Positions 9,466 through 16,780 are shown, counted from the first letter of the stretch. The stretch is DNA of 64,000 nt from an uncultured Candidatus Saccharibacteria bacterium (GCA_964361825.1 CAYICB010000001.1:30644-94643), one strand, 5' to 3'. The notes: generated from the letters alone by a model not told the origin. Made by a program: numbers and translations.

Positions 9466-10050
9466 ATGACGGAATTTAAATTTAGTTACGAAACTCGCTC
9501 ACTAATTGTTGGGATAATTTTACTCGTGCTGGTGGGGCTTGCTTCTGAACCAGTAAAAAACTTCAAACCCGTAAACACCATTAAAAGAGCGGTGCTGGAA
9601 CCGGAAAAATTTTCTGGCGTAAAATTTTTCCGGTTGGGCGAAATCATCGAACCCGCAGAAGTTACCCCCACAAAAAATGAAGAAATTATTCGCTCCCCCA
9701 AATCCTCACCGCTTGGGGTTAACTTTCAAGTAAATAAATGCAGTGGCTACTTAAACCAATTTCTCACTTTCGCCCCACCGCTCGCTCCGCCAGTTGGCGG
9801 CTGCCCAAAACCAGACCTCTCGGCCCTCGACCCCACCCTACCCGCCAATCAAGTTTGCCTCGAATTTATCGCCACCATCCCCGCCTGCACCACGCCGCTA
9901 GAATTCCCTCGACGCAATGGCGAGCAGGCGTCCACCCTTTCGCCGAATTGCCAAAATTTTATTAAAGAAGAATTTAATTACAATGCCTGCTTCGACACTC
10001 ACCGCCATGACCCCGACTTTCTCCTGCCAGAGTGGCGGGTGTATGAGTAG
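9466..10050 (+). CDS. Membrane-anchored Cys-rich hypothetical protein
   Basis: N-terminal TM; NKCSGYL and NYNAC...H..DPDF...EWRVY motifs. Confidence 0.65.
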   Translation: MTEFKFSYETRSLIVGIILLVLVGLASEPVKNFKPVNTIKRAVLEPEKFSGVKFFRLGEIIEPAEVTPTKNEEIIRSPKSSPLGVNFQVNKCSGYLNQFLTFAPPLAPPVGGCPKPDLSALDPTLPANQVCLEFIATIPACTTPLEFPRRNGEQASTLSPNCQNFIKEEFNYNACFDTHRHDPDFLLPEWRVYE

Positions 10051-10076
10051 AGCAAAATAAATTTTTCGAACAAAAC

Positions 10077-10123
10077 AAAACCCCCTGATCACCTTGTCGC
10101 GAGACAAAGTTTCAGAGGGTTTT
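10077..10123. terminator. Hairpin between convergent genes (bidirectional terminator, possibly also a DGR-type hairpin)
   Basis: AAAACCCCCTGA..CTTGTC-GCGA-GACAAAG..TCAGAGGGTTTT. Confidence 0.6.
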
Positions 10124-10151
10124 AGTTTCTTAAACACAATTTGCAAAGTAT

Positions 10152-10739
10152 TTAAGAAACTTTGCGATAAACAATCACATCGCCGCTAGACCTCCCGCTC
10201 TCAACCGAGTCGAGGCCGAAGTTCCACCCGCCATCGCCCCCGCCGCTCCAGCACGCGTATATTGCCCATCCGTAAGAATAGAAAATATACGTGTGCTCAC
10301 GACTTGCCGTTTTCAGAAACTCGTAGATCGTCCTGAGCGAGACTTGCAACCTTCCCAAACGACCAAGTGTTTTAAAAATTGCTCTATCGAGCGAAGCGCC
10401 AACCAACTTCTGCTGACAAAGCCGAGTCTCGGATGCTGGCGACTCTACATACACATACACTTGATTGAGTAGGATCTTGATACCTTCCACGGAGTAGATC
10501 GGCAGTTCGGCGTCGGGCGCGGTATTGACGACGAATTTCCGGATGACATCGAAAAGTTCAGTGGCGGCGGGGATAGTGGTGGTACCAACGAAATCGAGAA
10601 GCGCAGTTTCCTCGATGGTCACTGTCACTTCTCCGGCAATCAACTTTTTGGCGTTCTTTTCGCCAATGACATTGATGAGAGCCTCAACCTGACCGCGCGT
10701 CCAATCTAAATACTTAGAAGTAATGGCCACGATAACCAA
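10152..10739 (-). CDS. Hypothetical protein resembling CPR DGR target proteins (CLec-like C-terminus)
   Basis: N-terminal TRGQVEALIN.IG helix; C-terminal WAIYACWSGGGDGGWNFGLDSVE..GDVIVYRK built largely from NNC codons; start uncertain. Confidence 0.6.
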   Translation of the reverse strand: MVIVAITSKYLDWTRGQVEALINVIGEKNAKKLIAGEVTVTIEETALLDFVGTTTIPAATELFDVIRKFVVNTAPDAELPIYSVEGIKILLNQVYVYVESPASETRLCQQKLVGASLDRAIFKTLGRLGRLQVSLRTIYEFLKTASREHTYIFYSYGWAIYACWSGGGDGGWNFGLDSVESGRSSGDVIVYRKVS

Positions 10740-10816
10740 CCTTTCCGACTAAAAGTCGAAAACTTACCTCTACCCGAGGCTGGGACACTCATTTCAATGA
10801 GCGAATTTCTGCACCA

Positions 10817-10846
10817 AGCTTAGCATATTTGATAGCCACTTGTCAA
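10817..10846 (-). promoter_or_regulatory. Sigma70 promoter of the orphan target-like gene
   Basis: TTGACA-N18-TAAGCT with an extended TG on the minus strand. Confidence 0.6.
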
Positions 10847-10897
10847 GTAGGATAAAAAATGGCTCAAAATAAGGGTTTTTAGCAACCACAGCTAAAC

Positions 10898-11377
10898 CTA
10901 AAGTCCCAATAATCTAAAAATCGCTATGCCGGCGGCGGTGGCCACATTGAGCGATTCTTTCTGGCCGCGCAAAGGAATTTCGATAATCGCCTCGCAGAGT
11001 TTGAGAATTTTTTGGTCGAGGCCCGTGACTTCATTACCTAGCACCAGCGCCGCGCCGCCAATTAATTTGAACTTTTTATAATCGACTGAATTTTTGGCCT
11101 GTTCGAGCGCCACAATTTTTATTCCCCCACTTTTTAGCTTTTTGATTAAACGAGGAAAACTGATTACTTTTTCATACGCCACCAACTTCTCTGCCCCCAA
11201 GGCTGTTTTCGCGATTGTGGCATTAGCGCGATCAAAACGATCACGCGGTGCCGGCGTGTAACCCGTTAAAAATATCTTTTTAACCCCCGCCGCTTCCGCC
11301 GTGCGAAAAATCGCCCCCACATTGTGCGCGCTTCTCAAATTATGAAGAATCAAACTAAGTTCTGTTTGTTGAAACAA
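10898..11377 (-). CDS. TrmH/SpoU-family RNA methyltransferase
   Basis: LHNLRSAHNVGAIFRTA, LVLGNEVTG, ESLNVATA. The ORF-track start runs into tRNA-Lys, so the start was moved to the TTG near 11377 (approximate). Confidence 0.9.
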   Translation of the reverse strand: MFQQTELSLILHNLRSAHNVGAIFRTAEAAGVKKIFLTGYTPAPRDRFDRANATIAKTALGAEKLVAYEKVISFPRLIKKLKSGGIKIVALEQAKNSVDYKKFKLIGGAALVLGNEVTGLDQKILKLCEAIIEIPLRGQKESLNVATAAGIAIFRLLGL

Positions 11378-11379
11378 AG

Positions 11380-11452
11380 TCCGCCCGGGGGGAATCGAAC
11401 CCTCGACCGTCTGCTTAAAAGGCAGCTGCTCTACCAACTGAGCTACGGGCGG
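11380..11452 (-). tRNA. tRNA-Lys (anticodon TTT)
   Basis: Acceptor CCGCCCG/CGGGCGG; D-arm AGCTCAGTTGGTAGAGC; anticodon loop CTTTTAA; GGTTCGATTCC; CCA not encoded. Confidence 0.93.
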
Positions 11453-11531
11453 ATAATGAGATAACTTAACATATTATTCATCAAATTGACAAAAGCTTGA
11501 CTAAAATAGCAATATGGTCTAATCTCTGACC

Positions 11532-11722
11532 TTACAGGTTGAGGAAGGACCAGACGGATGCGAGGCCGCATCAATCATTAGGCTCAAAGGGGGCAATAAA
11601 CAAAACTAAGGCCCCAACTCTTCTGGTAGCACGGTGGGGTGATTGGTGACCACCATGCGTCTATCTTCCAAAAAACCTTAGGGGTCGAGTTGGCTGATGG
11701 AGCTAGCCGACCCCGTTTTTTT
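11532..11722 (+). ncRNA. Candidate structured ncRNA, unidentified (6S-like possible)
   Basis: Promoter TTGACT-N17-TAATCT (11497-11525); long-range pairings AGGTT/AACCT, GGAAG/CTTCC, AGACG/CGTCT; terminator GGGGTCG...CGACCCC followed by a T tract. Confidence 0.55.
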
Positions 11723-11730
11723 ATCCAAAA

Positions 11731-11766
11731 AAAATCCGGCCGAGCGCGTGGCTCGAGCCGGATTTT
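11731..11766 (-). terminator. Intrinsic terminator of the cytidylate kinase gene
   Basis: AAAATCCGGC...GCCGGATTTT stem with an A-run on the left. Confidence 0.65.
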
Positions 11767-11780
11767 GGTTTACTCAAAGA

Positions 11781-12311
11781 TCAGTCGATTGCCGCCATGA
11801 TGATTTTTGCCCCTTCTGCCGGAGTAAGATTGGTGGTATTGATGATCAAATGGAACATCTCAAACTTAGGCGGGTACACGATGTCATACAACCTCTCAAA
11901 CCGCCGGCGATCATCCCTCTCGCGCCCCAAAACAAGGCCTCCGACCTTATCCACATCAGTGACCCCCTCTCTTTTTGCCAGTCGAGCAAAGCGAACAAGA
12001 TCATCGCACCACAAACAGATTTTGTAAGACTCGGGCAAGAAATGCCAACCTAAACGAGCGTCACACAAAACTGGTTTACCCACACGGCAACGACGGGGAA
12101 TGATTTCGCGGTCAACCCGATAATCGTGTTCCAAATCCGCCGACTCTCCGGCCTGCGCTTCAATAGTCACACTCCTTAAGGCGGCATGCTCTCGCTGAAT
12201 ATCGCCAGCCGAAATGAATTCTCGATTGCTTCGCGCAGAAACAATCTTTCCAATATCCCCCTTGCCCGCACCACACACCCCAAACAAAGTCACAATGTTC
12301 TTTCGGGCCAT
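11781..12311 (-). CDS. Cytidylate kinase-like protein (archaeal/CMK-2 type)
   Basis: P-loop GVCGAGKG, SAGDI.R, DARLGWHF, RE..DRRRF..LY; Shine-Dalgarno-like AAGGAAGG upstream. Confidence 0.8.
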   Translation of the reverse strand: MARKNIVTLFGVCGAGKGDIGKIVSARSNREFISAGDIQREHAALRSVTIEAQAGESADLEHDYRVDREIIPRRCRVGKPVLCDARLGWHFLPESYKICLWCDDLVRFARLAKREGVTDVDKVGGLVLGRERDDRRRFERLYDIVYPPKFEMFHLIINTTNLTPAEGAKIIMAAID

Positions 12312-12345
12312 TAGGCACCTTCCTTTCTCCCCTCACCCTGCCACA

Positions 12346-13008
12346 CTATAAACCCAAAATCAAGCGTTCTAAACCAACTTCTAAGTCGCGTTCGCCGCGG
12401 CGCGAAGCGTGGAAGATGCCGACCAGCTCGCGAGACAGAGTTTTCAATTCTTCAGTTTCATAATTTTTAGCAGCAAATTCGGCCTTGCTCGCCACGAAGG
12501 GGTTTAGGGTTTTCACATTTTCCGGTCCGGCTTTCACTAAGAGTAAATTCTTAATTTGCCATTGGAACTTCCAGAAAATTTCTTCCGCTGGTAAGCCACT
12601 CATCAGCGCTTTCTCGAAGGTTACCCAGAGCTTCTTGCGATCACGCGCGCCAAGCGCATCGCTTAGAGCAAAAACATTGAAAGGCGCTTTTGCTGGAGAG
12701 CTTTTGGCTTCTAGAATTTTACCACCTAATTTAATAACTTTTTTATTTAAAGCCGCGCCAAGTTCTTCTTCTATAAACACAAACTTCGTTTGCGACTCAA
12801 CTAATCGAGAAAGCAGTTCTTCAATTTCAGTTTCAAAATTGGCGAGCAAATCTTCGCCATGCACTGCGAGCTTCTCGCCAAAGAGCGACTTGCCGTCAAT
12901 TAATTCTTCTAGTTGCGCTCGCGAAAAGTTCTCCCGATTAAACTTCGCGGTATATCCGCCAGCTGGCGGATGCGCCTTAGGTCTCATTTTTACATAAACT
13001 TCTAACAT
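12346..13008 (-). CDS. holA: DNA polymerase III delta subunit (short CPR type)
   Basis: SLFGEK, FNVFALSDALGARDRKKLW, LNPFVASK, LERLIL. Confidence 0.75.
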   Translation of the reverse strand: MLEVYVKMRPKAHPPAGGYTAKFNRENFSRAQLEELIDGKSLFGEKLAVHGEDLLANFETEIEELLSRLVESQTKFVFIEEELGAALNKKVIKLGGKILEAKSSPAKAPFNVFALSDALGARDRKKLWVTFEKALMSGLPAEEIFWKFQWQIKNLLLVKAGPENVKTLNPFVASKAEFAAKNYETEELKTLSRELVGIFHASRRGERDLEVGLERLILGL

Positions 13009-13803
13009 CTAGAGATCAAGGGTCACACCAACCGGCGCATGATCCGAACCCAGCACTTCACCCAAGATAAACGCTTTTTTCACCTTATTTTTCAGCTTCT
13101 CGCTGACCCAAAATTGATCTATCCGCCAGCCCACATTACGGTCGCGGGCATGCGTTTTCTGGTCCCACCAACTATATTCTACCTTCTCCGGATGGAGCAA
13201 ACGAAATGAATCGGTAAAGCCCGCCGCCACAAATTTGTCGAGCCAAGCGCGCTCTATCGGCATAAAGCCCGAGTTTTTCTCATTCTCCTTCGGTCGCGCC
13301 AAATCAATGGGGAAATGAGCGGTGTTTACATCACCGCCGAAAATAATATTCTTCCCTTTCTTAAGCAAAGATTTATTGTACTCGAGAAATTCATCATAAA
13401 ATTTGAGCTTATAGTTTAGCCGCTCCTCGCCCGAACCGCCATTGGGAAAATAAATGTTTTGGTAAATAAAGTCGCCAAAGTCGAGCTCGATCATCCGACC
13501 CTCGCGGGTGAGAATGCTGGAGTAGCCAGACCGCGGATTATCGCCAAAATCCTTGGTAAACTTCTTCGGTTTTTCTTTAGTATAAACCCCCACGCCGCTA
13601 TAACCCTTCTTCTCTTTCTCCAAGTCCCAATAAGCGATGTAACCATCGGGGTGCGTCAAAGCCGCGCTCAACTTGATTTCATCATCAATCTTCACCTCCT
13701 GCAAACCCACCGCATCAGCTTTACTCTCGGCCAACCACTTGGGAAAACCCTTCTTCTCCGCCGCCCGAATCCCATTCACATTCCACGAGATAAAAGTCTT
13801 CAT
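13009..13803 (-). CDS. xth: Exodeoxyribonuclease III
   Basis: SWNVNGIRA, LQEVK, GYSGV, YFPNG, GDVNTAH, GWRID, SDHAP. Confidence 0.96.
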   Translation of the reverse strand: MKTFISWNVNGIRAAEKKGFPKWLAESKADAVGLQEVKIDDEIKLSAALTHPDGYIAYWDLEKEKKGYSGVGVYTKEKPKKFTKDFGDNPRSGYSSILTREGRMIELDFGDFIYQNIYFPNGGSGEERLNYKLKFYDEFLEYNKSLLKKGKNIIFGGDVNTAHFPIDLARPKENEKNSGFMPIERAWLDKFVAAGFTDSFRLLHPEKVEYSWWDQKTHARDRNVGWRIDQFWVSEKLKNKVKKAFILGEVLGSDHAPVGVTLDL

Positions 13804-13866
13804 TGGGCCGATTGTAGCATAAGATTTGATCTTGAGTTAAAAACAAAATCATGTTAGTTTGTAAAC

Positions 13867-14106
13867 ATGACCAAAGCTAAAGTCCTCAGTGAAAAAATTA
13901 ATTTAACTGCCCGAGTCTTCAAAGAAGGAAAAATGTATGTGTCTCACAACCCAGAACTAAATGTGGCGAGTTGTGGCAACACCGCCGAAGAAGCAACGCT
14001 TAATCTCCGTGATGCCGTGTCTGGTTTTCTTAAATCGGCTAATAAATTAGGAACTTTAGAAGAAATTCTTGAAGAAAAAGCCTTCACGCGAGTATTTGTT
14101 GTTTGA
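13867..14106 (+). CDS. HicB-like antitoxin, no adjacent toxin; 3' end overlaps the RT end
   Basis: VFKEGKMYVSHNPELNVASCG.T.EEA..NL.DA HicB N-domain. Confidence 0.75.
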   Translation: MTKAKVLSEKINLTARVFKEGKMYVSHNPELNVASCGNTAEEATLNLRDAVSGFLKSANKLGTLEEILEEKAFTRVFVV

Positions 14107-15067
14107 GTTTAAAACTATTCCCCCACCCCAGCAAACCCAAATACGAATTAATCACCGCCGGTTCTGGTTTCTGGGTCAGTCTTTTCAACATTCTCTTCTT
14201 CGTCACTGTTCTTAACACCCGATGATCGGGAAAGTGAATCCAACCGAGAAAATCAACACCAGAGGCAAGAGTCTGAATGGAAATTTTCTTCGGGTGCATG
14301 GAGAGCTTGAGTTTATTCCTCAAGAAATCTTGCATGAGCGGCAAAATCTGTTCTAGATATGCACGATCAGGGGACACAACCACAAAGTCATCGGCATAAC
14401 GGACATAATATTTTATTTTAAGCTTGTGCTTCACGAACTGATCAAACTCGTTCATGTAAATATTTACAAACAGTTGCGAGGTGAGATTGCCGAGTGGAAG
14501 ACCCACACCGTTTCTGCCCGAATTGAAGCTACCGAGAACAACAGAGAGAAGCCAGATAATATCTTGATCCGGAATGTATTTGCTTATAATCACAAGCAAA
14601 GTGGTCTGATCAATGTTTGCAAAAAACTTCTTGATATCGCATTTTAGCGCCCAAGTAGCTCTTGTGTTATTTCGCGAGATGATGTCGGTAAATTGTTGGA
14701 AACGCTTAAGCGCCCGGTGCACCCCCTTGCCGATTTGGCAGGAATGAGAATCTGAAATAAATGTCTTAGTGAAAAACGGAGAAAGCATCCGGTGCAAAGC
14801 ATGGTGAAGCAACCTGTCGCGCACACTTGCCTTGTGAATATCGCGTGGTTTGGGATCGGAAATTTTAAATGCCTGATATTTTGAGTGTGAATATGCCTTA
14901 GCAACAAGCTCGTGATGAAGCGAGACTATGTTTGTCATCAAGTTTCGCTCGAACATCTGCACATCTTGGCGGGCTCGCTTGCCACGCACGAATTCTTTCC
15001 ACGCCTTGAGAAGATTCTCGAGCGAGATGATATCATCATGTGTATGTTGAAAAATAATTTTGGGCAT
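14084..15067 (-). CDS. DGR reverse transcriptase
   Basis: 327 aa; KPRDI, RDRLLHHAL, KCDIKKFF, DGR-type GLPLGNLTSQLFVN, catalytic YVRYADDF, DFLGW; no endonuclease domain. Confidence 0.96.
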   Translation of the reverse strand: MPKIIFQHTHDDIISLENLLKAWKEFVRGKRARQDVQMFERNLMTNIVSLHHELVAKAYSHSKYQAFKISDPKPRDIHKASVRDRLLHHALHRMLSPFFTKTFISDSHSCQIGKGVHRALKRFQQFTDIISRNNTRATWALKCDIKKFFANIDQTTLLVIISKYIPDQDIIWLLSVVLGSFNSGRNGVGLPLGNLTSQLFVNIYMNEFDQFVKHKLKIKYYVRYADDFVVVSPDRAYLEQILPLMQDFLRNKLKLSMHPKKISIQTLASGVDFLGWIHFPDHRVLRTVTKKRMLKRLTQKPEPAVINSYLGLLGWGNSFKLKQQILA

Positions 15068-15074
15068 AAAGATG

Positions 15075-15104
15075 GTCAGTCAGTCAGTCAGTCAGTCAGT
15101 CAGT
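15075..15104. repeat. Tetranucleotide microsatellite (GTCA)7GT
   Basis: Directly visible; begins immediately after ATG 15072, between the divergent RT and avd genes. Confidence 0.97.
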
Positions 15105-15120
15105 AAAGATTTTACCCGTT

Positions 15121-15474
15121 TTGAGTAAGGTCAAGAGTGGATATCTAACATGGTACAAATTTTATCAAGAGATCCCTAAAACACACCGATACTCACTCGG
15201 CCAGCGCACAGACAACCTGTTTGTCGAAGTGATTGAAGCAATTTCGGCGGCGAGTTTTCTCTCGAGAGAGGAAAAGCAACCATATGTGAGACTTGCAATA
15301 AAGAAACTCGATACTCTACGAGTACTTCTCATGATTCTCTGGGAGACAAGATCTTTTGACGACAAGAAATACATTGCCCTATCGGTCATTCTTGGTGAGG
15401 CCGGGAAAATGCTCGGTGGTTGGAATGGCCAGCTTACAAAACAAAACTCTCCTACAAAAGCAGGAGAGAAATGA
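15121..15474 (+). CDS. avd: Accessory variability determinant (Avd-like four-helix bundle); probable true start ATG 15072 is out of frame
   Basis: IPKTHRYSLGQR.D.LF.EVIE.I..A....EK...L.A..KLD.LR.LL....E.GKMLGGW pattern; basic protein adjacent to TR and RT. Confidence 0.88.
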   Translation: MSKVKSGYLTWYKFYQEIPKTHRYSLGQRTDNLFVEVIEAISAASFLSREEKQPYVRLAIKKLDTLRVLLMILWETRSFDDKKYIALSVILGEAGKMLGGWNGQLTKQNSPTKAGEK

Positions 15475-15484
15475 AGAGAGTTGC

Positions 15485-15607
15485 GGGACAACAAACGCGA
15501 ACCCGCCGTTGTCGTTCCACTCGTCGTCTGGCCTGTCGTAGTTGGCGTTCAGCCAACCACCATCGTCGTTGCGGTTCGCGTTGAGCAAGTTCGGATCGCC
15601 GTCGGAA
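15485..15607 (-). repeat. DGR template repeat (TR)
   Basis: 123 bp, 109/123 identical to 15990-16112; 8 AAC codons and 28 adenines on the minus strand. Confidence 0.97.
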
Positions 15608-15830
15608 ACACACAGGAAACCATCAGTGTCACTGCCCCTCGAATACTCTTAGGGCTGTATCGAATCCGGCATCGTAATGCCTTAGTCTCCCGTGCCAAGT
15701 ATCTTCGTTTTTTAACAGTTACATGCATCACTCTATCTGAAGCCATGACCGCAGATAATCTCGATGCACGGATACTGGGTTCGGTAGCGGGAAGCCGTAA
15801 CCGCCCGCATATTCACCTACTACCATTTAA

Positions 15831-15839
15831 ATTTTAGCA
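15831..15839 (-). promoter_or_regulatory. Putative extended -10 promoter for the TR/RT RNA
   Basis: TGCTAAAAT on the minus strand about 225 bp upstream of TR; no convincing -35. Confidence 0.45.
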
Positions 15840-15903
15840 TAATAAAACCCCATGCCAGATTGCATGAGGTTGGAGTTTGATACGCTGTGTCTCCCGAGCG
15901 TTT

Positions 15904-15961
15904 GGCAATTGCTTGCCGTAGGACTAAGGTCCAAGGAACCAAGCGCTAGGGCTTAGGTTCC
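15904..15961. other. Hairpin cluster downstream of VR (candidate DGR target-recognition hairpins)
   Basis: GGAACCAAGC/GCTT(A)GGTTCC at 15935-15961, GGAC-TAAG-GTCC at 15921-15932, GGCAA-TTGC-TTGCC at 15904-15917. Confidence 0.6.
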
Positions 15962-15973
15962 AAGGTATCAGTA

Positions 15974-16660
15974 CTACTTTTGCGGGACAGGGACAACAAA
16001 CGCGAACCCGCCGCTGCCGTTCCACTCGCCGTCCGGCCTGTCGTAGTGGGCGCCCAGCCAACCACCACCGTCGAGGCGGTACGCGTGGAGCAAGCGCGGA
16101 TCGCCGTCGGAATCCTTGATGGGTTCGTGCATCGTGACGATGTACCACAGACCCATCTGTTCCAACTGCTCGTCCGTGAATGTGTCGCGGATCAGGCAGG
16201 CGACCTCCCAATGAGGCTTGACCCAGCCCTTCTTGTCGGCGGCCGCACGAATCTTCTTCGTGATACGGTCACTGATCTTCTGGCCCGGGCGCACCACGAT
16301 GTTGTAGGTGACGCCATTGGTCGGCGCTTCGCTTGCGCGACGCAGCACTTGACGTGCATAGTCGCCGATTCTCCAACCGCGACGCTCGAGGTACTGTTCC
16401 CACTGTTCGCGGGTAAAGCCATTCGAGGTGAGCGTGAAGTGGATGTTGCCCTCATCATCGACGGTCCATGCGGTCGGTGTCGGCGCGGTCGTCGGAATGG
16501 CAGCTCCTTCGCTTTCGGGAACTTCACCGGGTTGTTCATCAACTATGCCCTGCAAAATGTCAACAACCTGTTCTGGGTCTCGTTTTCCATCAAGAACCAG
16601 TTTGCCAACATTTGCCTGAAGCTTCCATAGTCTCTCGTACACGTTGTTGCTCACAACCAT
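15974..16660 (-). CDS. DGR target protein with C-terminal variable region (CLec-like fold inferred)
   Basis: VR encodes the C-terminus DPRLLHAYRLDGGGWLGAHYDRPDGEWNGSGGFAFVVPVPQK; SD AAGGAG precedes ATG 16660 / GTG 16654; no signal peptide or TM. Confidence 0.92.
   Translation of the reverse strand: MVVSNNVYERLWKLQANVGKLVLDGKRDPEQVVDILQGIVDEQPGEVPESEGAAIPTTAPTPTAWTVDDEGNIHFTLTSNGFTREQWEQYLERRGWRIGDYARQVLRRASEAPTNGVTYNIVVRPGQKISDRITKKIRAAADKKGWVKPHWEVACLIRDTFTDEQLEQMGLWYIVTMHEPIKDSDGDPRLLHAYRLDGGGWLGAHYDRPDGEWNGSGGFAFVVPVPQK
15990..16112 (-). repeat. DGR variable repeat (VR)
   Basis: 14 mismatches to TR, all at TR adenines: 8 A>G, 4 A>C, 2 A>T. Confidence 0.97.
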
Positions 16661-16751
16661 CTCCTTTTTGAAGAACTTACACCCGCTACTCACAGGTGCT
16701 TCCGGAATCTGCCGGATCAGTTAGCAAGGAAATCTCGCTAAATCTGGCCCA

Positions 16752-16780
16752 AGGTTAGCATATGCCCTGACAAAAGTCAA
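16752..16780 (-). promoter_or_regulatory. Sigma70 promoter of the DGR target gene
   Basis: TTGACT-N17-TAACCT with an extended TG. Confidence 0.7.

Larger units (their letters stand above)
14084..16780 (-). mobile_element. Diversity-generating retroelement (target-VR, TR, inverted avd, RT)
   Basis: DGR-class RT, Avd-like protein and a 123-bp TR/VR pair with adenine-specific mismatches. Confidence 0.97.

Noticed and set aside
10152-10280. Second VR of the local TR
   Set aside because: It cannot be aligned to TR 15485-15607 with adenine-only mismatches; kept only as an orphan target-like gene.
11378-11437. N-terminal extension of the TrmH-family ORF
   Set aside because: It overlaps the tRNA-Lys gene and is an artefact of longest-ORF calling.
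14084-15067. RT as a group II intron or retron enzyme
   Set aside because: It is short, has no maturase or endonuclease domain, carries the DGR-type SQ motif, and lies next to Avd and a TR/VR pair.
15379-15588. ORF over TR (MLNANRNDDGG...) as a protein-coding paralog of the target
   Set aside because: It is the template repeat read in the VR frame, so it is open by design; it has no credible start and runs antisense into avd.
15980-16630. 216-aa plus-strand ORF and other long antisense ORFs (e.g. 3937-4353, 21566-22123, 44422-45063, 59846-60460)
   Set aside because: They are shadow frames of well-supported genes on the opposite strand and show no motifs.
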